From Candidatus Cloacimonadales bacterium (GTDB lineage: Bacteria > Cloacimonadota > Cloacimonadia > Cloacimonadales > JAFGVF01), in contig CAXXOU010000004.1 of assembly GCA_963677495.2 (NCBI GenBank), positions 352,001-416,000 on the forward strand: a stretch of 64,000 bases of DNA, given 5' to 3'. A program made the position numbers and the translations under genes. Positions 27,462-36,846 of the stretch are shown piece after piece. Within the stretch, counting starts at the first letter, position 1; every line of letters starts with the position of its first letter. The notes under the pieces were generated by a model, which did no database searches, was not told where the DNA came from, and worked only from the letters and a program-made list of their open reading frames with translations.

Positions 27462-30400
27462 CTATTTAAGAAGCATTGCCTTTTTGACATTGCTTGTTTT
27501 TCCTGCTTGCATACGGAATAGATATACTCCACTGGCCACAGGCTTGTTGTAAGAATCAGTGCCATCCCAGTAGACATAGTGATGACCGGCATCGAAACCT
27601 TGCTCAATAAGAGTTTTAAGCTTTTGCCCTTTCAAATTAAAGACATCAATTTTGACTTCCTCCGGATTCTTAACAGAGAAAGTTACTCGAGCAGTAGGAT
27701 TGAATGGATTGGGATAAACATTGCATAGTCCTGTAAACAGAGCTAGAGGTTGCTCTTCCAGAATATCATCATGGTCAATCACCACAACTGATGGTCCGTA
27801 GAATGTCGATTGTCCATCGATTTCTATAGTATTAATCCAGTAGAAATATTTGTTTCCAGGAAGCACTTCTTGGTCTAAGAAAGAATAATTACTTCCATTA
27901 GTATCATTACTTGCATTAATCATAGTATTGAATTGTTCTGCTGAAGATAAATCAGGATCAGACTCATCATCAATCCTCATTACTTGCCTCAAAATTCTAA
28001 ATCCTGAAAGGTCTTTTTCAGAGGCAGTTGTCCAGTTGATATTAATGAATAAATCTTCTGTAGATTCGCAATAGAAAGAGGCAAAAGTTACAGGTAAAAC
28101 TGATTGGTCATTATTGAGCAGTGTTTGATTCTCAGCACCAGGAGTACCTGTTGCATCTCCTCCTATATCACTCCAATCAGAGCTTAAGTTTGAGCCATCA
28201 GATTCTGCATCAATCCTCTCATATGTATGACTATTTAGAATTGTACTTGTAGAAGAACCTATGGCATCTGCTAGACCTTTACTATCGGTGCTGTCATATA
28301 ATTCATAATATTCACCACCATCGACATATGGTACTCCATCCGTGGTTGTTCCATCAACAATGTACTTTCCTGCGTAGGCACCATAATAACTTGAGAAATT
28401 ACTTAAAGTTCCATTTATTACAATCAGATATTCTCCGGGGAAAAGTGTAAAGTTCTCATCCATGTTTGTAACAATATTGTTATTTACATCAGGATTAAAA
28501 ACCGTTGATCTTTCTGAATTATATTGTCTAATCTCCCAATCAAGTAATGAAACGGGAGCACTACCGGCATTGAATAACTCTATAAATGCAGCATTACTTG
28601 TTGAAGGCTCAGTGATTTCAGAGAATATTATGTTTGAATCACCATAATAACCAATATCAACATACTGGACAGCTGTCTGAGCTTCGGCCGGTTCATCATT
28701 CTCGGCAATCACAGTAAAGAAAACTCTTGAGCCTGCAGTCTGACCATTAATTGTAGCCCGATATTCACCATTACCGATCAATTGCATAGGTACAACATTT
28801 GTCATTTGAGCAGCATTAAGTCCCCAATTGAGTTCAGAGTTTGTTATGTTTCGATTTTGATCTATATATGCTACGATAGTAATGTTCTGCCTATGTTTGG
28901 GAGATGCCGGATGGTATGAGACATCGTATATTACTGGTGGGTTAGATCCGTTACCTTCATTAATCATAACTCTTGTTGTGTCAACCGATGATGCACCATG
29001 ATTATCATAAACTGTAAGATATACGTTCGTAATTCCTAATGGAAAGTCATGAGTTATAGTTTCACCATATTCTTGAACAACTGTTCTCTTAACCCTTTTC
29101 GCTCCTATCGCATGATTCCCTAATGAACCAGGATTATCATAAATCCCTTCTTCCCATTCGTTTCCGTCATAAAGATTACTTCCATGATAAACTTCCGGTT
29201 TCCTTATCAATGAGATGTTTCGACCCCAATTCACATCACCATTGATACCAACAAAATCTATTGTTTCTCCTGTATCATTACGGATTAATCTAATTTGATC
29301 ATCTCCAGAAAAATACATCATATTATTGCTAGTTGGGAAATCCCAATCATATTCATATGCAAGATCGCTGTTACTTCCATTCCTGTCGTATACAATAACA
29401 AATGTTGAATATGGCATAACCTGACCTGTTAGATCAAGAGTATATCGGAAATTACCATTGCCTGAACCATCCCTTTCTAGAGTATAGTTGCTCAAATCTA
29501 TAACTGAAGTTGTTCCGTTGTACAACTCGATTGCTTTACGATATGAACTACCCTCATAATATTCAGAAATGAAAATTTCATCTACAGTTCCTGCGTTTAC
29601 ATTTTCTGTCCAAGACCACTCCCAGATACCAATCGAACCATCAGAATCATAACTTTGTGATCCGTTAAGTGTAATATTACACCAGCCATCTTCATCAGCA
29701 TCATAACATACGATATCATCACCTGCATTAGCAATTGGAGGATAATTTACAGCGTTTAATAAATCGTCTTCACTTCTAGGTGCTAAGTATGCTTGAACTC
29801 GATCATTAATATATACTGAGATTATTCCTTGATAAATATCTCCGGGATTTAACCCATGATTATAAAAGATGCTACCAATATAACCTGAGCCGGTTGAATC
29901 ACTTACAAAAACTAACCTATCTGAAAGATTATCATCAGGATTAACAGTAATGTCATTAATTTGAACTAGAGTTGACTCATATACTTCAGATAATTCAGCT
30001 AACGAAATTAGATAAGGGGAAATCGCATTGTTAGTTGATATAAGAGTGCTTTCAAAAATGTTAACTAAAGATGTTACACCATCTATTTCATCCACATAAG
30101 CAGTTATAATTAACTCATCTCCAACCGAATAACCTTGTAAATCAGTACTAACATATATACCTGACCAAGGACCTCCTGCAATATCCTGTAAATAGAAGCC
30201 ATTACTGTCTATAGCAGTAATGTAACCTTGTACTTTCACATATTGTCCCAACATGTCAGAAGCGTCATTATTGAAGTCTAATACCATTTGTATATTCATG
30301 ATTGAAGTAGTTGGAAAGAATATTGGTTCTACCCATTCAGGATGATCAATAAAAGGATTCCTATTGTTTTGGTAACTGTATATAACATTATTCCTTCTAA

Positions 30401-31814
30401 TTTCAAAATCATCCACAGGATCTTCAAGATGCCATTGAAGTAATGTTGAAAGTCTTCCATACTCTCCATAACCTGTGTCATCATTTCCATCAGTGTCCAA
30501 ATAATCTTTTAAAACTAAATTTGGCTCTCCAGAATAGTTTGTATGAACATCTCCGGCATATCTTACATCCATATAAAATAGAATTCTAGCAACATCACCT
30601 TTAACGGAATCATGTGGTTCAAAAGTATCTTTATTATCGTTTTTAAAGTTTCCAGGAGCATCTTCTAACTCGGAACCACCTTCATCAAAGTCATATCGAT
30701 CACCATTTTCTGACACATCTCTGTCAGCAGGTTTTAAATTGTGCAAATCTCCAAAAACAGGTTCATCATATTTGAAAGAACCATGATATTCATTCCATAC
30801 ACATTCAACATCATCATAGCTATCTGATTCAAGACCGGAATACATCTGCCTAATCATTCCTTCGCTATATGGTGATGCATCAGATAAAGCTAAAGCTTCA
30901 TCTATTTCATTATCATAATATGAGTATGAAGTGTGGTCATCTATAATATCATGAATCTGGTTCCTTAAATCCTCACCTTCAGTTGCTGTAACTGTAGCAT
31001 AATAATCTGAAACTAGTATATATTCTCTTTTAATTACTTCACTAGGTTCGTGACCGGAACTATCATTAACCAATAGCTTAACACTTTGATACCCTTCAGA
31101 GCTATATGAATAAACTGGATTATCAATTGAAGAATCAATAACGCCATCATTATTAAAATCCCAATGATATGAATAGGGTGGAACTCCTCCGGTGACATTA
31201 CTGCTGAACTGAATGAAATCCGATTGTGTTACCAAGTTTGAATTTGAGAAAAAATCTATTGATAATGGTGCAATACCACCACTGTAATCTGAAATTGACA
31301 TGTCATCAATGAAGAGCCTTTCCTTATCTTGAATTGTCCTTATTCTAATAAAAATATTATCCCCAGGTAAGTTTGCATTATAACTATACTCATGATAATT
31401 GGTATCATTGGATAAAACGACGGAATACCCTAACTGTGTCCAAGCACCATCTAAACTTTGGTATTGATATTCTACTACAAACTCTATAGGTTCTCTATAG
31501 TTGCCATCATAGTGTCGATACCAGAAACTGATAGTTCCAATGCCATTATCTTTACCCCCGTTATCCATCCCTCTATAAACTAGGAGTTCTTCGGTATTTG
31601 ATGAATCATCATTGAAATTAATGGCATTCCCTGATCTAGCTCTAGATGAACGACAGCGAGCGTTATGGGTATCCCAGAATCCGGTTTCGCTAGAATAGTA
31701 TTGTTTGTAGTTTCTATAACTACCATCATAAAAATCGTTAAAATCTTCAAATACGTCAGCAACTAAGAACATAGCATAAACAGCAAAAGTAATTAGCATT
31801 AGCTTCTTTTTCAT
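27462..31814 (-). CDS. Tandem paralog of 22877-27268 with a degenerate endonuclease I active site
   Basis: Same domain order; KGDVARILFYMDVRY and NNRNPFIDHPEW are kept, but EHVW reads ECVW and INSTRSN reads VSENGDR. Confidence 0.85.
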   Translation of the reverse strand: MKKKLMLITFAVYAMFLVADVFEDFNDFYDGSYRNYKQYYSSETGFWDTHNARCRSSRARSGNAINFNDDSSNTEELLVYRGMDNGGKDNGIGTISFWYRHYDGNYREPIEFVVEYQYQSLDGAWTQLGYSVVLSNDTNYHEYSYNANLPGDNIFIRIRTIQDKERLFIDDMSISDYSGGIAPLSIDFFSNSNLVTQSDFIQFSSNVTGGVPPYSYHWDFNNDGVIDSSIDNPVYSYSSEGYQSVKLLVNDSSGHEPSEVIKREYILVSDYYATVTATEGEDLRNQIHDIIDDHTSYSYYDNEIDEALALSDASPYSEGMIRQMYSGLESDSYDDVECVWNEYHGSFKYDEPVFGDLHNLKPADRDVSENGDRYDFDEGGSELEDAPGNFKNDNKDTFEPHDSVKGDVARILFYMDVRYAGDVHTNYSGEPNLVLKDYLDTDGNDDTGYGEYGRLSTLLQWHLEDPVDDFEIRRNNVIYSYQNNRNPFIDHPEWVEPIFFPTTSIMNIQMVLDFNNDASDMLGQYVKVQGYITAIDSNGFYLQDIAGGPWSGIYVSTDLQGYSVGDELIITAYVDEIDGVTSLVNIFESTLISTNNAISPYLISLAELSEVYESTLVQINDITVNPDDNLSDRLVFVSDSTGSGYIGSIFYNHGLNPGDIYQGIISVYINDRVQAYLAPRSEDDLLNAVNYPPIANAGDDIVCYDADEDGWCNITLNGSQSYDSDGSIGIWEWSWTENVNAGTVDEIFISEYYEGSSYRKAIELYNGTTSVIDLSNYTLERDGSGNGNFRYTLDLTGQVMPYSTFVIVYDRNGSNSDLAYEYDWDFPTSNNMMYFSGDDQIRLIRNDTGETIDFVGINGDVNWGRNISLIRKPEVYHGSNLYDGNEWEEGIYDNPGSLGNHAIGAKRVKRTVVQEYGETITHDFPLGITNVYLTVYDNHGASSVDTTRVMINEGNGSNPPVIYDVSYHPASPKHRQNITIVAYIDQNRNITNSELNWGLNAAQMTNVVPMQLIGNGEYRATINGQTAGSRVFFTVIAENDEPAEAQTAVQYVDIGYYGDSNIIFSEITEPSTSNAAFIELFNAGSAPVSLLDWEIRQYNSERSTVFNPDVNNNIVTNMDENFTLFPGEYLIVINGTLSNFSSYYGAYAGKYIVDGTTTDGVPYVDGGEYYELYDSTDSKGLADAIGSSTSTILNSHTYERIDAESDGSNLSSDWSDIGGDATGTPGAENQTLLNNDQSVLPVTFASFYCESTEDLFININWTTASEKDLSGFRILRQVMRIDDESDPDLSSAEQFNTMINASNDTNGSNYSFLDQEVLPGNKYFYWINTIEIDGQSTFYGPSVVVIDHDDILEEQPLALFTGLCNVYPNPFNPTARVTFSVKNPEEVKIDVFNLKGQKLKTLIEQGFDAGHHYVYWDGTDSYNKPVASGVYLFRMQAGKTSNVKKAMLLK

Positions 31815-32295
31815 TGTAGCCTCTATATAATATCATTTTTTTGCTTAATTAAATAATTTAATTTTTTCAATTACCAAACCGCAATCAATTTATGGATAAG
31901 GAGTTAGGATGTCAAAACAATTATTTCAATGAGTGACAAATTATTTTACAATCTTATATATATCATTATCTTAAGCATAATAACTTTTTTTGGCGATTGT
32001 TCCATTTGCGCTATTTTCAACTTTCCCTATTTTCCAAAATCTTTGTAAGTGCTAATGTTTAATAGGTAGGTGAACTTATTTTCGATAATGTTTTGAAGTA
32101 TTATTTCTATATTTCATATTTTCCAGCTTCTTATTTAGATAGTTTACTATAATTATACATCAGACAATTTGTTATATTACTATTTAATTTTATCACTCTT
32201 TATGAAAGGTATTGTCCTGATATTTAGCCTAAGCTTTATTGCGATCTTAGAAGGATTTCCTTTACAAAATCAGTTAATTTCACTTTGCTACAGCC

Positions 32296-32916
32296 ATGAA
32301 TCAAAAAGAAATTTGTTTAAATTATGTAAAAAAATGGCTTCCAAGAACTTCGGATACCGTAATACCTTTACTTGAAAGCTATCACGAACTACTTGTTGAA
32401 GTTAATAGTGTCATTAATGTTTATTCTCGTAAAATGGATACAGATGATATTTGGACACTTCATTTTCTTGATAGCCTACTTCTACTCCAAACACAGGTAA
32501 AATTATCAGGGAAAGTTCTTGATTTTGGTACTGGTGGAGGATTACCCGGTATTCCATTAAAGATATGTTTCCCTGATATAGATCTTAGCATGCTTGATGC
32601 ACGCAGAAAAAAGATCCAAGCGATTGATGAGATGGTTGAAGAGCTCCAGCTCAATAACGTTACAGGCATATGGTCAAGACTTGAAGATTACTGCAAATAT
32701 AGAAAAAATAGTTATGACTATATTGTATGCCGAAGCGTGAGGATAACTTCTGAGTTAAAACCATTACTTCTCAAATTGTTAAAACCCAATGGTAAAATTG
32801 TCCTTTACAAAAGTAAAAACTTAGATGACGTGGAACAGTTCAGTAATAAGAAAATATTGGACGTAAGTCAACCAGTACTGGGGACACGTAAATTAATTGT
32901 AATTGGAAATAAATAA
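32296..32916 (+). CDS. rsmG: 16S rRNA m7G527 methyltransferase
   Basis: HFLDSL; VLDFGTGGGLPGIPL; typical position upstream of parAB. Confidence 0.93.
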   Translation: MNQKEICLNYVKKWLPRTSDTVIPLLESYHELLVEVNSVINVYSRKMDTDDIWTLHFLDSLLLLQTQVKLSGKVLDFGTGGGLPGIPLKICFPDIDLSMLDARRKKIQAIDEMVEELQLNNVTGIWSRLEDYCKYRKNSYDYIVCRSVRITSELKPLLLKLLKPNGKIVLYKSKNLDDVEQFSNKKILDVSQPVLGTRKLIVIGNK

Positions 32917-32919
32917 TTA

Positions 32920-33678
32920 ATGGGAAAAATCATCGCAATTGCCAACCAAAAAGGTGGTGTAGGCAAAACAACAACGGCTGTTAATCTTGCTGCTGCTTTA
33001 AGTATACTAGAAAAAAAGACCTTACTTATTGATCTGGATCCACAAGGAAACACAACAAGTGCTTATGGGATTGATAAAGACAAACTTGATAGACATATCT
33101 ACCATTGTATAATTAATTATGAACCAATCATAAATATCATCAAAGATACTGATATTGAGTTTCTTAAGATTGCACCAACAAATGTACATCTCGCCGGAGC
33201 AGAAATAGAATTAGTTAAAGATTTCACCAGGGAGAAAAAACTGCGTGAAGTAATAGACCCTGTTAGAAACAGATATGATTATATAATTATTGATTGTCCC
33301 CCATCTCTTAATCTGTTAACTGTCAATGCACTTACTGCATGTACTGATGTGTTGATACCAATCCAATGTGAATATTATGCGTTGGAAGGAGTTAGTCAGT
33401 TGATGAATAGCCTTCGCATTATCCAACAAAGCTTAAATCCTAATCTAAATCTTTTCGGGGTTCTGCTTACAATGTATGATAGCAGACTCAATTTATCTAA
33501 ACAGGTTGCAAAAGAAGTTAGAAGGTACTTCAAAGAGAAAGTATTTGAAACAATCATTATCAGAAATGTAAAACTCAGTGAGGCTCCCGGTTTTGGAAAA
33601 CCTATCTTCCACTATGACATCAAGTCTACCGGGGCAAAAAATTACTTAAAATTTGCAATGGAACTAATTGAAAGATGA
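32920..33678 (+). CDS. parA: Chromosome partitioning ATPase ParA/Soj
   Basis: NQKGGVGKTTT; DLDPQGN; IDCPPSL; QCEYYALEG. Confidence 0.95.
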   Translation: MGKIIAIANQKGGVGKTTTAVNLAAALSILEKKTLLIDLDPQGNTTSAYGIDKDKLDRHIYHCIINYEPIINIIKDTDIEFLKIAPTNVHLAGAEIELVKDFTREKKLREVIDPVRNRYDYIIIDCPPSLNLLTVNALTACTDVLIPIQCEYYALEGVSQLMNSLRIIQQSLNPNLNLFGVLLTMYDSRLNLSKQVAKEVRRYFKEKVFETIIIRNVKLSEAPGFGKPIFHYDIKSTGAKNYLKFAMELIER

Positions 33679-34511
33679 AACAAAAACTCGGTAAAGGCTT
33701 AGACGTGCTACTACAGAATATCCCGGAAGCTACTAATGAAACTGCCGGCATAACTACTTTAAGAATTGAAATTGTTAAACCTAATCGTTATCAACCTAGA
33801 AAAGTATTCGATGAAGATAAGCTATCTAATTTAGCCGAATCCATCATAGAAAACGGTATTATTCAACCCATTATTGTTACTAAACGTGAAGACTCTGATT
33901 ATGAGCTCATTGCTGGTGAACGCAGATTAGAAGCTGCTAAAATGGCTGGATTGGAAAGAGTTCCGGTTATTATCAGAAGTGTTTCCAGAAGGGAGCAACT
34001 TCAATATGCTATTATTGAGAATATTCAACGTGAGCAGTTAAACCCTATTGAAGAGGCTCAAGCTTATCAGATGATGATTGATGACTTCAATTATACCCAC
34101 GAGCAACTTGCAATCTCAATGGGCAAAAGTAGATCCCTTGTAACTAATCTACTAAGACTTCTAAAGCTCCCTCAAAAGATTCATGAGTACATTGCAAACG
34201 GAGAGATTACAACTGGACACGCTAAGACTATTCTCTCTTTACCTGAGAATAAGCAATTAGATTTTGCTAACCTGATTATTGAGAAACATCTCTCTGTAAG
34301 ACAAGCTGAAGAGCTTGTTAAAGAGCAAAAGTCTGCACCAAAAGCAAAACCGATCTCAAAACATATTCGACACAAAAACTATGAGGAAAGCCTTAAGCAG
34401 ATTTATGGTGTTAAGATTCAAGTAGTTGAAAATGCCGGCAAAGGCAAAGTTGTTTTCCATTATAAGAACAAAGAAGAACTAACGAAACTCCTGGAAGGAT
34501 TACAGAAATAG
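33675..34511 (+). CDS. parB: Chromosome partitioning protein ParB/Spo0J
   Basis: LGKGL; YQPRK; GIIQPI; AGERR; ENIQREQLNPIEEA; HTH. Confidence 0.95.
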   Translation: MKQKLGKGLDVLLQNIPEATNETAGITTLRIEIVKPNRYQPRKVFDEDKLSNLAESIIENGIIQPIIVTKREDSDYELIAGERRLEAAKMAGLERVPVIIRSVSRREQLQYAIIENIQREQLNPIEEAQAYQMMIDDFNYTHEQLAISMGKSRSLVTNLLRLLKLPQKIHEYIANGEITTGHAKTILSLPENKQLDFANLIIEKHLSVRQAEELVKEQKSAPKAKPISKHIRHKNYEESLKQIYGVKIQVVENAGKGKVVFHYKNKEELTKLLEGLQK

Positions 34512-34557
34512 TTAATCTACTATCCAATAAAGCTTTTTCGTGTAATCCGCTTAAGCT

Positions 34558-34623
34558 ATGGACTTAAATGGACACTGTCAGTTAGCTTGTCCACTTAAGT
34601 CCACTATCATCCACTAAGTCCAT
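34558..34623. repeat. TGGAC/GTCCA short-period inverted repeat array
   Basis: TGGACTTAAATGGACA (34559-34574) vs TGTCCACTTAAGTCCA (34588-34603), a 15/16 IR; further TCCA units at 9-10 bp spacing. Confidence 0.7.
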
Positions 34624-34713
34624 GTATTTTTACTACTTTAAATCATGATGGGGAAGCACACAAAGTCCACATTGCTCATATTGATCCAATATTGACATCA
34701 TTCATCTCATTTC

Positions 34714-34903
34714 GTCCATGACTATGATTTGCCCCCCATTAAAAACATGGAACCAGTTAGGACCCACCAAGGAGCCACCAAGGACCCTCCTTGGCGAAGG
34801 TCAAAGTTATCCACACTATGTGTATAACTTCAGTCACGTGTGAAGTAAGTTTTTAATGAAGAGCTGTAATAGGGCAATATGATGACACAGAATTTGGAGG
34901 GTA
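34714..34903 (-). repeat. Element D: inverted copy of element C
   Basis: TTATCCACA 34807-34815, TGTGTATAA 34819-34827; 11-bp units at 34751-34794. Confidence 0.9.
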
Positions 34904-35111
34904 TGGTGGCGAGTATAAGATTTGCAGTAATTGGACAATAGAAACAATTACTACAGCAAATAATAACATTGGACAAATTTCACCTCATAGATTATGAATA
35001 GCGACAAATATAACAGTAATACTATCAAATAAAATTATTCAAAAAGTACTTGACGTTTAAACTTGAGTTCATTAAATCAGTAATGTTCTCTCGAACATTG
35101 GAGGTAATATT

Positions 35112-36167
35112 ATGAAAAAAGTATTGTTATGTATTGTCTTGTTCACATTCGTAAGTATGGTCGGATTGTTTGCCTATTCTGAAAATGAAAGCAATAATAC
35201 TCCAGCATCTGCAGATATGATACCTCGGGGGACACTAGCAAATGTAGTTTTATTCTCAGGGAACATTAACCAAGCAGGTGATGTTGATTGGGTAGGAATA
35301 CCATTGAATGATACGAATAATTGTACTATAGATTTTGTATCATTTGGGTCAGCAAATACTAGTGTTGATTTCTATTCAGATGTGCCACCTACAACAGTCG
35401 AAGGTACAGCAACAACAAGTTCCTCTTATACTTCTGCTGAAGTAAATCAAGGAGATGTTCATTATTACATCAGAATCTATGGTACAGCAGCAACTTATCC
35501 ATCCAGTTATCTGATTAGGATAACTAATGAAGATGATAATACTTTCTTAACTCCTGTAACTCTGTCATCATTTATGGCTGTATATACCAATAATGAAGTT
35601 GGAATTACCTGGGTAACCCAATCAGAGTCAAATCTTGCCGGATACAATGTAATACGGAGTGATTCACAAGATATGACAAAAGGTTTAAACGTAAATGGGG
35701 CTATAATCTATGCTCACAATAGTTCATCAATAACAACATACAATTTTAAAGATGAAGAGATTGAAGCTGGAGGCTCATACTATTATTGGCTTGAAGTAGT
35801 AGAGATTGATGGTGGAATTGATTATCACGGACCTGTAAATGTAGAGATAACAGAGGATGATCATGAAGAGGAGACACCTGACTTAGTATACAGAACCGGA
35901 ATAGTCAGTAGTTATCCAAATCCATTCTCACACAATATCGACTTGCAGGTTGAGATGTCAAAGCTAACTGCAATTGAGCTCTCAGTATATAACATTAAAG
36001 GTGAAAAAGTTGATGTCATTCATAATGGCGAACTAACAGAAGGTACTCACACCTTTAACTGGGATGGAAAAGATGTTCATGGCAGAAGTATAGCCAATGG
36101 TATCTATTTCTTCAGATTAGATAGTTATGAGGGTTCATACACTCGCAAAGTAACCTTCATAAAGTAG
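35112..36167 (+). CDS. Secreted protein with a PPC-like N-terminal module and FlgD/T9SS-type CTD
   Basis: Signal peptide; ENESNNT..GDVDW; PVTLSSFMA; SYPNPFS..NGIYF..RKVTFIK; GGAGG RBS. Confidence 0.8.
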   Translation: MKKVLLCIVLFTFVSMVGLFAYSENESNNTPASADMIPRGTLANVVLFSGNINQAGDVDWVGIPLNDTNNCTIDFVSFGSANTSVDFYSDVPPTTVEGTATTSSSYTSAEVNQGDVHYYIRIYGTAATYPSSYLIRITNEDDNTFLTPVTLSSFMAVYTNNEVGITWVTQSESNLAGYNVIRSDSQDMTKGLNVNGAIIYAHNSSSITTYNFKDEEIEAGGSYYYWLEVVEIDGGIDYHGPVNVEITEDDHEEETPDLVYRTGIVSSYPNPFSHNIDLQVEMSKLTAIELSVYNIKGEKVDVIHNGELTEGTHTFNWDGKDVHGRSIANGIYFFRLDSYEGSYTRKVTFIK

Positions 36168-36182
36168 TAACGATTAAGAGAG

Positions 36183-36218
36183 AACGAAAGGGGTGCTTTA
36201 ACAGTATCCCTTTTCGTT
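36183..36218 (+). terminator. Terminator
   Basis: AACGAAAGGGGTGCT..AGTATCCCTTTTCGTT hairpin. Confidence 0.65.
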
Positions 36219-36364
36219 TAGCAATTTAAGACTAGGTAGGTAGGCCAAGTACATTACTTACAGATATACAACCACTTGAAAGAATCGTAATAGAAAGTTA
36301 AGGATTATTTAAAAATTCTTATTGACAAGAACAGGACGATTGGAAACTTTAATCTCACATGTGA

Positions 36365-36440
36365 GCGGGAGTAGCTCAGCTGGTAGAGCGCCACCTTGCC
36401 AAGGTGGTTGTCGCGGGTTCGAATCCCGTCTCCCGCTCCA
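36365..36440 (+). tRNA. tRNA-Gly(GCC)
   Basis: GCGGGAG acceptor; anticodon loop TTGCCAA; GGTTCGAATCC; encoded CCA. Confidence 0.97.
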
Positions 36441-36448
36441 ATGTAGAA

Positions 36449-36522
36449 GGCGACATCGCCAAGTGGTAAGGCAGAGGTCTGCAAAATCTCCATCCCCGGT
36501 TCGAATCCGGGTGTCGCCTCCA
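36449..36522 (+). tRNA. tRNA-Cys(GCA)
   Basis: GGCGACA/TGTCGCC acceptor; CTGCAAA loop; CCA end. Confidence 0.97.
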
Positions 36523-36541
36523 CAGAATGTTAAAAAATAGT

Positions 36542-36629
36542 GCCGGAGTGGTGGAATTGGTAGACACAAGGGACTTAAAATCCCTCGAGATTCTATCTCG
36601 TGCCGGTTCAAGTCCGGCCTCTGGTACCA
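36542..36629 (+). tRNA. tRNA-Leu(TAA)
   Basis: CTTAAAA anticodon loop; long variable arm; GGTTCAAGTCC; CCA end. Confidence 0.96.
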
Positions 36630-36642
36630 ATAATAAAATCGA

Positions 36643-36718
36643 GCGGGAGTAGCTCAGCTGGTAGAGCGCCACCTTGCCAAGGTGGTTGTCGCGGGTTCGA
36701 ATCCCGTCTCCCGCTCCA
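36643..36718 (+). tRNA. tRNA-Gly(GCC), identical second copy
   Basis: Same sequence as 36365-36440. Confidence 0.97.
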
Positions 36719-36788
36719 TTTTTATCTCAGCACTAATCTTTAATTCTACTCAAATCAATCCAATCTCCCAAAACTTCATAGAATTCCT

Positions 36789-36817
36789 TGACACTCTCTA
36801 CCTTTTGGTTGATAATT
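36789..36817 (+). promoter_or_regulatory. Sigma70-type promoter for the UGPase-PhzF-MCE operon
   Basis: TTGACA-N17-GATAAT. Confidence 0.6.
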
Positions 36818-36846
36818 TCACTTAAATAAGATTACCAGAGGTAAGT

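Noticed and set aside
31815..32295. AT-rich region upstream of rsmG-parAB as oriC
   Set aside because: Only mismatched DnaA boxes were seen (e.g. TATGGATAA near 31891), with no cluster and no dnaA gene; cannot be supported without genome-wide skew.
36305..36672. Four short ORFs over the tRNA cluster
   Set aside because: Artefacts of translating tRNA genes.
36643..36718. Second tRNA-Gly as an att duplication of an integrated island
   Set aside because: It is a full-length copy within the tRNA operon; no integrase or partial 3' repeat was seen.
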